From an uncultured Bacilli bacterium (GTDB lineage Bacteria > Bacillota_I > Bacilli_A > RF39 > UBA660), in contig CAKPDJ010000002.1 in NCBI GenBank assembly GCA_934148875.1, positions 1,297-65,296 of the forward strand: a stretch of 64,000 nt of DNA, in the 5' to 3' direction. The notes under the pieces are model-generated. The model saw only the letters and a list, made by a program, of their open reading frames with translations. It ran no database searches and was not told the DNA's origin. Position 1 is the first letter of the stretch, and the number at the start of each line of letters is the position of its first letter. This document shows positions 35,034 to 42,929 of the stretch, one piece after another. The position numbers and the translations under genes were made by a program.

Positions 35034-35523
35034 AAGAGGTTACTTAAGCAGTGAAGAAGAAAATAACTTTATGATGTTAGCAACTTTAAGCATAAGTATG
35101 AGTAGTAAAAGTGAAAGAGGAAATTATATAGAATTACTAGAGAAAAGAGGCATGCTAACAAAAGAAACTAGAAAAGAATTTAAAATGTTTTATACTTATC
35201 TAAACAAGTATCTAAAGGATACGTATAGTATGCTAGATGAAACTACTCAAAAGAGATTAATGAAAAGGCTTAGAAAGTTTGACTTTAAAATAATAGACGA
35301 TTACCAATTGCAAAGAGTTATGAGAGAAGCTAATGAAAAGCTGAAAGATGTTGTACTATCGAGAGAAACTTTCGAGGACCTAATAGAAGATATAACAGAA
35401 GTACGTTGTAAAAACTGTACTAAGGATTATCAATCATGTGAAATCTATAAAGCACTCTATGAGGCCCTACTAGATGCACCAGGACTTGCACCTAATTGTC
35501 CGTATGCATGGAGGGAAGAGTAA
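35023..35523 (+). CDS. Hypothetical protein with a C-terminal Cys cluster (166 aa)
   Basis: The ATG at 35023 has SD AAGGTGGAGAG. Cys cluster CKNCTKDYQSCE...NCPY. Confidence 0.5.
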   Translation: MRLRRGYLSSEEENNFMMLATLSISMSSKSERGNYIELLEKRGMLTKETRKEFKMFYTYLNKYLKDTYSMLDETTQKRLMKRLRKFDFKIIDDYQLQRVMREANEKLKDVVLSRETFEDLIEDITEVRCKNCTKDYQSCEIYKALYEALLDAPGLAPNCPYAWREE

Positions 35524-35999
35524 TGAAAATAGCTAATATATTACCAACTACATTTGCAGATGGAGAAAGAGCAAGAACCAGTATATACTTTGCAGGCTGC
35601 GATATACAATGTGAGGGCTGTCATAATAAAGACCTATGGAATATAAATACAGGCCATGAAATGTCAGTAGAAGGAATTATAACTTACATAGAAGATGAAA
35701 GCTTACAGACAAAACAGGTATCTATACTAGGTGGAGAACCTACTATGCAGTTAAACTCACTACAAGCTCTTTTAAAAGTTTTAAAAGAAAAAGGATATAA
35801 TATATGGTTATATACAGGAAAACTATTTGAGGACTTAATAAACATGGATATTTTAATATATATAGATATTCTAGTAGATGGACCATACATTCAAGAACTA
35901 AAAAAAGAAAATCTTAAATACAGAGGAAGTTCTAATCAAAGAATAATAGATGTTCAAAAATCCTTAAAAGAAAATAAAATAATTATCTATATGGAGTAG
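35523..35999 (+). CDS. NrdG-like radical-SAM activase (anaerobic RNR activating protein family)
   Basis: The ATG at 35523 has SD GGAGGGAAG. Motifs YFAGCDIQCEGCHNKDLW (CxxxCxxC), ILGGEPT, WLYTG and DILVDGPY...YRGSSNQRIIDV. No nrdD is present in the window. Confidence 0.75.
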   Translation: MKIANILPTTFADGERARTSIYFAGCDIQCEGCHNKDLWNINTGHEMSVEGIITYIEDESLQTKQVSILGGEPTMQLNSLQALLKVLKEKGYNIWLYTGKLFEDLINMDILIYIDILVDGPYIQELKKENLKYRGSSNQRIIDVQKSLKENKIIIYME

Positions 36000-36011
36000 G
36001 AGGAAAATAAA

Positions 36012-36197
36012 ATGCTTGAATTAAGAAGAATAGAAGATAATATTACACAGCTAAAAGTAAATAATAAACACAACAAATTTCTAATAGAACAATTTAAATT
36101 TATTGGAGCAGTACCAGTTAAAGAAAGTAGTTTATATACATACTTTGTATTTAATGGTTCATTTAATGATTGTAAAAAATACTTAGGAATAGGTTAA
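36012..36197 (+). CDS. Hypothetical protein (61 aa)
   Basis: SD TAGGAGGAAAA. Confidence 0.45.
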   Translation: MLELRRIEDNITQLKVNNKHNKFLIEQFKFIGAVPVKESSLYTYFVFNGSFNDCKKYLGIG

Positions 36198-36505
36198 TGA
36201 ATAACTTGATTATATTACGAACTAGATTGGAGAGAAATATGGAACAATTAAGTTTTATACAAAGCGAAAAAACTCTTAAAGATAAAATAACTAAGCAAAT
36301 GAAAACAGTCCTTAAGAAAGGTATTATGCCAGGTGCATTGGTATATTTTGATGAAGATAAAAAACATTGCTATGAGGTTTTTAGTTTAGTAATAGATAAT
36401 GATTTAAACTTAGCAGCAAGATTAAGAGATAAAGGAAGCCAATTGTTATGGAGAGCAGATAGTGATAGATTGCATGTAATAGGTTTTCATGATTACAGAA
36501 AGTAG
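36197..36505 (+). CDS. Hypothetical protein (102 aa)
   Basis: TAATG overlap with the upstream gene. Confidence 0.45.
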   Translation: MNNLIILRTRLERNMEQLSFIQSEKTLKDKITKQMKTVLKKGIMPGALVYFDEDKKHCYEVFSLVIDNDLNLAARLRDKGSQLLWRADSDRLHVIGFHDYRK

Positions 36506-36586
36506 TGATTATATTACGCACGACTTATCATATTTCCCACGTGGGAATAATGGTCAAGCAATATTCGAATTTAAGGAGGAAAATAT

Positions 36587-36724
36587 ATGTTAAAGATTGT
36601 ATGCCCAGAATGTAAAAGTGATTGTATATTTGACTTTGTTACATATGAAGGGGAAGTTTATTTTAGATGTGATAATTGTGAATATAAGTTTGGAACTGAG
36701 GAGATGGAATTAGATTATGAATAA
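36587..36724 (+). CDS. Zinc-ribbon mini-protein (45 aa; not in the ORF track)
   Basis: SD TAAGGAGGAAA. Cys motifs CPECKSDC...CDNCEYKF. Confidence 0.45.
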   Translation: MLKIVCPECKSDCIFDFVTYEGEVYFRCDNCEYKFGTEEMELDYE

Positions 36725-36977
36725 ATTAACACCATTAGAAAATCAAAGGTTAAGAAGAATGATAGGGAGAGTTGTAACTCACTTTAAAGGAAAAGATTAT
36801 TTAGTTATAGATGTTGCAGAACATACAGAAACAGGTGAGGATTTAGTGATTTATAAAGCATTATATGGAGCTAATATTGTATATGCAAGACCAATAAAGA
36901 TGTTTTTAAGTGAAGTTGACCATGAAAAATATCCTGATGTGACACAAAAATATAGATTGGAGCTTAAAGAAGAATAA
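36717..36977 (+). CDS. DUF1653-like protein
   Basis: [30 protein letters not shown]...ARPIKMF matches the DUF1653 pattern. Confidence 0.6.
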   Translation: MNKLTPLENQRLRRMIGRVVTHFKGKDYLVIDVAEHTETGEDLVIYKALYGANIVYARPIKMFLSEVDHEKYPDVTQKYRLELKEE

Positions 36978-37246
36978 TGATAGAACTATATTTTAAATTA
37001 AGAATTTTAATTCCATTAATTATATTTTTATCAATTTTATTCTATTTAATTATGTTAACAATTAAACATAAAATAGATACTAAATTTAAAAAGAATTGCT
37101 TTAATTGTAAATATTATAAGTTATATGATGTAGCTTCATTTGGTAATAGTTGTAGATATAAGTGTACTTTAAAAAAGAGATATTATAGACACAATTTTAA
37201 TGATAGAACTAAACTTACTAAATGCAAGGAGTTTGAAAGGAAGTAA
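36977..37246 (+). CDS. Membrane-anchored Cys-rich protein (89 aa)
   Basis: TAATG overlap. An N-terminal TM, then CFNCKYY...CRYKC. Confidence 0.45.
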   Translation: MIELYFKLRILIPLIIFLSILFYLIMLTIKHKIDTKFKKNCFNCKYYKLYDVASFGNSCRYKCTLKKRYYRHNFNDRTKLTKCKEFERK

Positions 37247-37248
37247 TT

Positions 37249-37485
37249 ATGGCAGATATATTTGAAAATGAAAGTGAATGGAGCAAAAAACATATAAAGC
37301 ATAATAATAGATATGGTTATATAGATTGTCCATATTGTGGTTGTCATCATTACATGGATAACTATATTGATGATGATTTTGAATTTGATGACTGTTTTAC
37401 AATGGAATGTTATCATTGCAAAGAAGATTTTGAAGTTAGGTGGAAAGCAGATACAAAAGAATTAGACACTTTTTATATTATCTAA
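37249..37485 (+). CDS. Cys/His-rich small protein (78 aa)
   Basis: Motifs CPYCGCHH...CYHCKEDF. Confidence 0.45.
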   Translation: MADIFENESEWSKKHIKHNNRYGYIDCPYCGCHHYMDNYIDDDFEFDDCFTMECYHCKEDFEVRWKADTKELDTFYII

Positions 37486-37501
37486 TAAGGAGTAAAGTTA
37501 T

Positions 37502-37864
37502 ATGGAGATAATAAATAGAGTTTTAGAATTATCAGATAAAGATTTTGATAATATATTAAATAATAAAGGGAACAAGGTATTAGATAAGCTTGAAGAGGAA
37601 CTAAAAAAGAATAATTATAGTTTTAATGATTTTTCTGAAATTAAATTAGATGGCTCACAATTAAGGCATAGAAAATATATAGAACTTTATTCAGAAATTA
37701 TTTGTGAATTTTGGAATAAGAAAGATTTTAAATTAAAGTCAGATGAAGAAATAAAACAAATGGAAAAATCAGAAAGAATATCTTATTATACACAGATGTT
37801 AAGAGCTGAGAAAATAACACCTAATCATATGAGAAAATTAGAAGGATTAATAGAAAGAAGATAA
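37502..37864 (+). CDS. Hypothetical protein (120 aa)
   Basis: SD TAAGGAGTAA. Confidence 0.45.
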   Translation: MEIINRVLELSDKDFDNILNNKGNKVLDKLEEELKKNNYSFNDFSEIKLDGSQLRHRKYIELYSEIICEFWNKKDFKLKSDEEIKQMEKSERISYYTQMLRAEKITPNHMRKLEGLIERR

Positions 37865-37868
37865 AAAA

Positions 37869-38114
37869 ATGAAACAATGCATAGAATGTAACACAAATGA
37901 TAATATAATAGAATATGAAACTTATAATGATGATGGAGAAAAGAAAATTATTAATGTATGTAGTAAGTGTTTAGATTATTTTAATTATTATAATGATGTT
38001 CATACTACAAATTGTGATATATGTGGTAGTCTATTAGAAGTAGATCCTTATCATTACTTTAAAGATAATACAACTATATATTATTGTTATATTTGTGAAG
38101 TATGGACATATTAA
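37869..38114 (+). CDS. Double zinc-ribbon small protein (81 aa)
   Basis: Motifs CIECN...CSKC...CDICG...CYIC. Confidence 0.45.
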   Translation: MKQCIECNTNDNIIEYETYNDDGEKKIINVCSKCLDYFNYYNDVHTTNCDICGSLLEVDPYHYFKDNTTIYYCYICEVWTY

Positions 38115-38187
38115 ATAATTTTAAAATAATGAATAAAATTATTAATTTTAGAACATACTATAAATGACATATCCTAAGTCACCGCAG

Positions 38188-38210
38188 GGGAGCCGAAAGG
38201 CTCTCTTTTT
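38188..38210 (+). terminator. Terminator hairpin between convergent transcription units
   Basis: GGAGCC-GAAA-GGCTCT followed by a T-run. Confidence 0.7.
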
Positions 38211-38267
38211 GCTATAATAAAAAATTCCTATTAATTAAAAATATAATCAATAGGAATATATACAAAA

Positions 38268-38597
38268 TTAAATAATATTTTTATTCTTTATTTCTGCCAT
38301 CACTTCATCATAAATTGTTATGACTTTTGACTGAAATTTGTTGTGTAATTCTTTTTCAGCGTTAGTCATGCTTGAATATTCTGATTCATCTACACAAGCA
38401 CCAACGTAAAGATAATATTCATTATCTTTTTCTGAAAAACAAGTTAAATCAAAATATTCTGTTATAGATCTATCTTTTTTTAATTCATCTAAATCTATTA
38501 AATCATAGATATAGTCTTTTATATCCTTATCTAGTTCATTGTTTTTTATAATCTCAATAACTTCAGTAGGTGATAAATCATAATTAAATCCTAACAT
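38268..38597 (-). CDS. Highly acidic protein (109 aa); second gene of the only minus-strand cassette
   Basis: The ATG at 38597 has SD GGAGGT inside the upstream gene's end, with a 1-nt gap after the upstream stop. Asp/Glu-rich (DKDIKDYIYDLIDLDELKKD...VDESEYSS). Confidence 0.6.
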   Translation of the reverse strand: MLGFNYDLSPTEVIEIIKNNELDKDIKDYIYDLIDLDELKKDRSITEYFDLTCFSEKDNEYYLYVGACVDESEYSSMTNAEKELHNKFQSKVITIYDEVMAEIKNKNII

Positions 38598-38598
38598 T

Positions 38599-38934
38599 TT
38601 ATACCTCCAAATCAATTAAATTTCTATTTGTTAAAGCTTCTTTTAAATCTTCTAGTTCTTGCATTAATTCATTAACTACAGTTGGTAGTAAAGGTGGTAA
38701 TGATATTCTTTCATTATCATCAAAATTATTAACCATTTTAGAAATACAATTAATGCTACTTTCTACTCTTCCGTACTTAATATTTAAGTTATTCTTTGTA
38801 CTCTTAATATCTTTTTCTACTAAATCCATAATATATTCTGATATTTTCATATTCTTATCTATAACTCTTTTTCTTATTAGCTTTTTTTCTTCACTTGTTA
38901 ATCTTAAAGAGAGCCTTTCTTGTTTTAGTTCCAT
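38599..38934 (-). CDS. RHH / MobC-like DNA-binding protein (111 aa)
   Basis: The ATG at 38934 has SD AAAGGAAG. RLSLRLTSEEKKLIRKRVIDKNMKISEYIMDLV is an RHH motif. The later segment SSINCISKMVNNF resembles the MobC-type second motif. Confidence 0.55.
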   Translation of the reverse strand: MELKQERLSLRLTSEEKKLIRKRVIDKNMKISEYIMDLVEKDIKSTKNNLNIKYGRVESSINCISKMVNNFDDNERISLPPLLPTVVNELMQELEDLKEALTNRNLIDLEV

Positions 38935-38971
38935 GTTAAAACTTCCTTTCTTAATTTCATTTCTTAATTTC

Positions 38972-39000
38972 ATTGTACGCCTTGACATACAAAAAGTCAA
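38972..39000 (-). promoter_or_regulatory. Near-consensus sigmaA-type promoter for the minus-strand cassette
   Basis: The minus strand reads TTGACT-N17-TACAAT. The spacer contains TTGAC/GTCAA inverted repeats, and the 5' UTR carries a GAAATTAAGAAA x2 direct repeat. Confidence 0.65.
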
Positions 39001-39235
39001 TATATTTTTACTTTAATAATAAAAATATATTCTAAATAACTAAAAGTCTCTCTTTTTTTTTGTTATTTTTTTCTTAGACACGAAAGCTAAAATTAAATTT
39101 TAAATAAATGGTTTTACCAGACCGAAACATAAAAATAAAATTATATAAAAATTATATAAATATGAATAAAAGATAACAAAAATGGAAATAGTAGAAGTAT
39201 AAGGATAACAAGGACTTAAAAGGAAGGTAATAAAG

Positions 39236-39364
39236 ATGATATATTTTATAGAATTATTTGTATTTATTATTTGGCACTTTATGGAGCATAGAGGAGTAGA
39301 TAAAGTCACTTATACTAAAAACAATATAAAAATAACTAAAGAAATAAATGGAGATGAAATTTAA
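39236..39364 (+). CDS. Small hydrophobic peptide (42 aa; not in the ORF track)
   Basis: SD AAAGGAAGG. Sequence MIYFIELFVFIIWHFMEH... TAATG overlap with the next gene. Confidence 0.4.
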   Translation: MIYFIELFVFIIWHFMEHRGVDKVTYTKNNIKITKEINGDEI

Positions 39365-39876
39365 TGTATTTACTATTTAAAGAAAACAACAAAATTATAA
39401 GAAAAGAAAAGATAGATGAATATCTAATTAAGAAACCTATATTAAATACTCTAAGAGCTAAATACTTATATAGAGCAGATTATTTAATGCAAGAAAAAGA
39501 TTATTCAGATTTACAAAAGGCAGTAACAGATCCAGCGGATAAACAAGTAGTAGATTTTCTATTAGGAAAAGAATTTAATAAAGAAGATATTAGGGAACTA
39601 ACAGCAATCCTTTTACTTAATACCTTCAAATTTGAAGGATTAAGAATAAGAGAGGCTATAGATAATTTAATTGAAGTTATAAGAACAGTAGGAGAAGAAT
39701 ATGAAGCATTCCAATTTACTAATATAATACTTCCAGGAAAAGTAGTAACAATAAAAGGCATAGTAAATAAAACTGGAGTAGTAAAGGAAATAAATGAAAA
39801 TGTAGCAACTATAAAACTATTTACAGGAGAGATATTAGAAATACATGACATGTATAACGTACTAACAGTAATATAG
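39364..39876 (+). CDS. Hypothetical protein (170 aa)
   Basis: Coupled to the upstream small ORF. No motif recognised. Confidence 0.5.
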   Translation: MYLLFKENNKIIRKEKIDEYLIKKPILNTLRAKYLYRADYLMQEKDYSDLQKAVTDPADKQVVDFLLGKEFNKEDIRELTAILLLNTFKFEGLRIREAIDNLIEVIRTVGEEYEAFQFTNIILPGKVVTIKGIVNKTGVVKEINENVATIKLFTGEILEIHDMYNVLTVI

Positions 39877-39885
39877 GAGAAGACA

Positions 39886-40059
39886 ATGGATAAAGAAAAA
39901 ATTAAAAATTATATCTACAGATTAGAAATAAAGATAGGACTTTATTTTCTAGCACAATGTGATGAAGCTAAAGAAGAATATAGAAGGGAAGTAGAAAAAG
40001 TAGAAAGGGAATTATTTGAGTATTTATATGAAAAGAATAATATTAATAATAGCAATTAG
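39886..40059 (+). CDS. Hypothetical protein (57 aa; not in the ORF track)
   Basis: SD ATAGGAGAAG, 7 nt before the ATG. Confidence 0.4.
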   Translation: MDKEKIKNYIYRLEIKIGLYFLAQCDEAKEEYRREVEKVERELFEYLYEKNNINNSN

Positions 40060-40504
40060 TATGTGTTATTTACTATCAATTATGTATTTTATAGATTATC
40101 TCCAGCACAAGGGAATACAACAAGAAGAAACAGTAGAAACATTTATTATGGAGGAAGCTATAGAAGAGCCCAAACAACAATCCAATAGAATTTATTGTAC
40201 TTTTAATATTAGCTTTTACGATGCATGTATAGAGTGTTGTGGCAAAGATGATGGTATATGTGCTAATGGAGAACTAGGTATTCCGTGGGTAACATGTGCA
40301 GCACCTGCAAGCATTCCATTTGGAAGCACAGTACATATAGAAGGACTAGGGGATTTTATAGTAACTGATAGAGGCGGGGCTATAGTACAAGAGGGTAATG
40401 AGTATTGTATAGATATATACGTGAATACACATGAAGAAGCATTACAGTACGGGAGACAATATAAAGAAGGATATATAGAATTGGAGGATTATTATGGTTA
40501 TTAA
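40028..40504 (+). CDS. 3D-domain (MltA/RlpA-like double-psi barrel) cell-wall hydrolase with N-terminal anchor
   Basis: TM segment RIILIIAISMCYLLSIMYF. The 3D-domain-like C-terminus reads CANGELGIPWVTCAAPASIPFGSTVHIEGLGDFIVTDRGGAI...CIDIYV. Confidence 0.65.
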   Translation: MKRIILIIAISMCYLLSIMYFIDYLQHKGIQQEETVETFIMEEAIEEPKQQSNRIYCTFNISFYDACIECCGKDDGICANGELGIPWVTCAAPASIPFGSTVHIEGLGDFIVTDRGGAIVQEGNEYCIDIYVNTHEEALQYGRQYKEGYIELEDYYGY

Positions 40505-40646
40505 ATTAAAAATAAAAAAGACAGGAGAAATAAAAGAATTACTAGAATTACGTAGGATAAATAGACATGGCTTTATAGAAAAGCAATATGTCTTAAAAGA
40601 TGATGAAATGAATTATAGATTAGAATATGAATTGGAGGAAGTTTAA
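40494..40646 (+). CDS. Hypothetical protein (50 aa; not in the ORF track)
   Basis: SD TTGGAGGATT. Overlaps the upstream stop. Confidence 0.4.
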   Translation: MVIKLKIKKTGEIKELLELRRINRHGFIEKQYVLKDDEMNYRLEYELEEV

Positions 40647-40647
40647 A

Positions 40648-40893
40648 ATGAAAGCAACAGGAATAGTAAGACCCGTGGATCAATTAGGGAGGATAGTAGT
40701 TCCAAAGGAGTTAAGAAGAATATTGGGAGTAGAAGAGGGAAAAACTAGCTTTGAAATATTTATAGATGATAATAACAATATAGTATTAAGAAAATATAAT
40801 CCAGGATGTATAGTATGTGGTATATTAGAAAACTTAAAAGATGTAAATGGAATAAAGCTATGTAAGAATTGTATAGAAAAATTTAATGGCTAA
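40648..40893 (+). CDS. abrB: AbrB/SpoVT-family transition-state regulator homologue
   Basis: The ATG at 40648 has SD TTGGAGGAAG. MKATGIVRPVDQLGRIVVPKELRRILGVEEG...IVLRKY is the swapped-hairpin AbrB N-domain signature. Confidence 0.85.
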   Translation: MKATGIVRPVDQLGRIVVPKELRRILGVEEGKTSFEIFIDDNNNIVLRKYNPGCIVCGILENLKDVNGIKLCKNCIEKFNG

Positions 40894-40932
40894 ATCTCTT
40901 TTGATATAATTAAAACAAAGGAGGAATGATTT

Positions 40933-41220
40933 ATGATAAATATAAATATACAGCCATTAATAGTAAATTTATCTATGGAAGAAGAAATAGAATATCTAAT
41001 GTGCGAGGTTTCTGAATTTATAGAAGCATTAGAAACAGGATCTAATGCAGAAGCTATCAGTGAAATGTACGATGTATGTCAAGTAATGCAAGGCCTACTA
41101 ACTCAATATAAGAAATGCAATAGATATGAAATAGAAGTAGGTAATACAATACATCAGCATAAAATAGATAGATATATAAAAGAAAAGAAACATGATTTTA
41201 AATACAATAAAAATATTTAG
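40933..41220 (+). CDS. MazG-like nucleotide pyrophosphohydrolase (tentative)
   Basis: SD AAAGGAGGAA. The pattern EEEIEYLMCEVSEFIEALETGSNAEAISEMYDVCQV is an all-alpha NTP-PPase-like EExxE/D pattern. Confidence 0.4.
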   Translation: MININIQPLIVNLSMEEEIEYLMCEVSEFIEALETGSNAEAISEMYDVCQVMQGLLTQYKKCNRYEIEVGNTIHQHKIDRYIKEKKHDFKYNKNI

Positions 41221-41249
41221 AGAGAAATAAAAAAATTTCTCTCTTTTTT
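41221..41249 (+). terminator. Rho-independent terminator
   Basis: AGAGAAAT-AAAAAA-ATTTCTCT followed by T6. Confidence 0.75.
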
Positions 41250-41301
41250 ATTCTAAAAATTAGGAACAAACATATACATTATAACAAAGGAGAGTGGTAA
41301 A

Positions 41302-41439
41302 ATGAAACTAACAAGTAAATTATTTAAGACTATACAGGAAGTACAAGAGGCTAGAAAACAAATTAAGGATAACGAAAGAGAAGTAGGACTAAAAGAAACT
41401 AAAGAAGGTTATATTCTAACAATATTAAAGGTGGGATAA
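41302..41439 (+). CDS. Hypothetical protein (45 aa; not in the ORF track)
   Basis: SD AAAGGAGAGTGG. Confidence 0.4.
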   Translation: MKLTSKLFKTIQEVQEARKQIKDNEREVGLKETKEGYILTILKVG

Positions 41440-41441
41440 AT

Positions 41442-41786
41442 ATGACACTAGAGATATTAAAGGACTTAGAAAAACAACTAACAGATTATGAAGAATTAAT
41501 ATTAACTGCACCAAGAAGACATATCCAGGATAAAAACTTAGCAAGAGAATATAATAAAACCATTACAACTATAAGACATGAAAGAAAACAGTATAGCTTA
41601 CTATTAAGCCAACTAATTATTTATGGAAGAAGAGGTCATCAGTTTAAAAATAGGACAACTATAAGAAGACAAAAATATGCAGCTGCTAAACGTTTAGAAA
41701 GAAAAGATTATACAGCAGAAGAAATAGCAAAAGTATTAAACATAAAAATAGAGGAAGTAGAAGAATTTTTATATAGGAGGATCTAA
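41442..41786 (+). CDS. Basic protein with C-terminal HTH (114 aa)
   Basis: SD AAAGGTGGG. C-terminus YTAEEIAKVLNIKIEEVEEFLYRR. Confidence 0.45.
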   Translation: MTLEILKDLEKQLTDYEELILTAPRRHIQDKNLAREYNKTITTIRHERKQYSLLLSQLIIYGRRGHQFKNRTTIRRQKYAAAKRLERKDYTAEEIAKVLNIKIEEVEEFLYRRI

Positions 41787-42175
41787 TGTGCGAATGCGTA
41801 AATTGTGGACGACCTGCAAGGGATAAGCACCATTGTGTTTTTAGAAGTAAAGTTAAAGCTTTAACAAAATGTCCTAAGAACATAGTAAACTTATGCGGAG
41901 ATTGCCACTATGATATACATCATAAATCTAAAAGCAATATAGACATAAAGATGAAACTAAGATTTCAAAATTATTTAGAAGAATCTTGGTTAAAGAATGA
42001 GTTAACATATGAAGAAGTAAAAGATACTTTAAAAATATCTGATGCTAATGTACACAGAATATTAAAAACATGTACACTAAAGAATGGTTATTATCAGAGA
42101 GAAGATGTAATAAGAGAGTGTATGGGGGGAAGGCTCTATACATTAGAAGATTTAAATAGAGGAGAGAAAGTATAA
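41786..42175 (+). CDS. HNH/zinc-finger nuclease-like protein
   Basis: CVNCGRPARDKHHCVFRS...NLCGDCHYDIHHK (CxxC...HH...CxxCH). Confidence 0.5.
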   Translation: MCECVNCGRPARDKHHCVFRSKVKALTKCPKNIVNLCGDCHYDIHHKSKSNIDIKMKLRFQNYLEESWLKNELTYEEVKDTLKISDANVHRILKTCTLKNGYYQREDVIRECMGGRLYTLEDLNRGEKV

Positions 42176-42189
42176 CTTTCTCTCTTTTT
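42162..42189 (+). terminator. Rho-independent terminator
   Basis: GAGAGAAAGT-ATA-ACTTTCTCTC followed by T5. Confidence 0.8.
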
Positions 42190-42230
42190 GTATATAATTC
42201 AGAAAACTGGGGAAAATAAAAGGAGGATAT

Positions 42231-42509
42231 ATGTATAAAAAAGAAGCTGAAGAATTTAACAATATAATAAAAAGATTCAGAATACTAAGAGATGATGATG
42301 TAATTGAAGCTTATGATTTAATGAAGAGGAGCTTAGTTCTTTATGATAGATTTAGTTATATAAAAGCAGATCTTGCAAAGAATTTTGAGAGAGGTAATCC
42401 TACAAAGAAAAGACTCCAGGAAATTGGAGATATATTATTAAATATTCATGTGACTACCAGACAGATATATCAAAATATAAAAGCTGAAAGGCTGGTGAAG
42501 CGTGATTGA
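42231..42509 (+). CDS. Hypothetical protein (92 aa)
   Basis: SD AAAAGGAGGAT. Confidence 0.45.
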   Translation: MYKKEAEEFNNIIKRFRILRDDDVIEAYDLMKRSLVLYDRFSYIKADLAKNFERGNPTKKRLQEIGDILLNIHVTTRQIYQNIKAERLVKRD

Positions 42510-42895
42510 TAATAGTAAAAGGAAAAGTAAGAGGAAAAGCTAGACCAAGAAAAGGTAAGCATGGTTTTTATACTCCTAATGATACAAAGAGTTATGAAGA
42601 GAGTATAAGAAAAGAATATATAAGACAGTATAATAAAAAACTAGAAGGCCCAGTAGAATTTATTCTTACTATATATAAAACTAAATCTAAATTTACTAAA
42701 AAAGAGAAAGCTTTAATAGAAGAAGATAAATACTGGTGCATCACTAAACCTGATACCGATAACGTAGTTAAGTTAGTACTGGATGCACTTAATAAAACTG
42801 CTTATGATGATGATAATCAAGTAGTGAAAATAACAGCATTTAAAAAGTGGACATTAGATGATGAAAGAATTGAATTTATAATTCAAGAAATATGA
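42506..42895 (+). CDS. rusA: RusA-family Holliday junction resolvase
   Basis: GKARPR...YTPNDTKSYEESI...KPDTDNVVKLVLDALNKTAYDDDNQV is the RusA catalytic Asp pattern. TTG start overlaps the upstream TGA. Confidence 0.8.
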   Translation: MIIVKGKVRGKARPRKGKHGFYTPNDTKSYEESIRKEYIRQYNKKLEGPVEFILTIYKTKSKFTKKEKALIEEDKYWCITKPDTDNVVKLVLDALNKTAYDDDNQVVKITAFKKWTLDDERIEFIIQEI

Positions 42896-42929
42896 AAATA
42901 TACAAATATGTTGTAAAATAAAAGTAGGG

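Noticed and set aside
35523-35999. Reading the small radical-SAM protein as QueE (7-deazaguanine pathway).
   Set aside because: The cluster motif (GCxxxCxGCxN), the GGEP, DGPY and RGSSNQR blocks and the ~160-aa size fit NrdG-type activases, not QueE. No FolE, QueC, QueD or DpdA is seen in the window.
36534-36547. Perfect 14-bp GC-containing palindrome TTCCCACGTGGGAA in an intergenic gap.
   Set aside because: It is real but isolated and has no loop, so it is more likely a protein or restriction-type site than an RNA hairpin. With no second copy or context it is not worth a separate finding.
38753-39309. Track ORFs 38753..39016 (+) and 39100..39309 (-).
   Set aside because: The first is antisense to the RHH gene and crosses its promoter. 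The second lies in the AT-rich divergent control region, has no SD, and encodes a low-complexity product. A 42-aa + strand ORF at 39236 with a good SD fits the region better.
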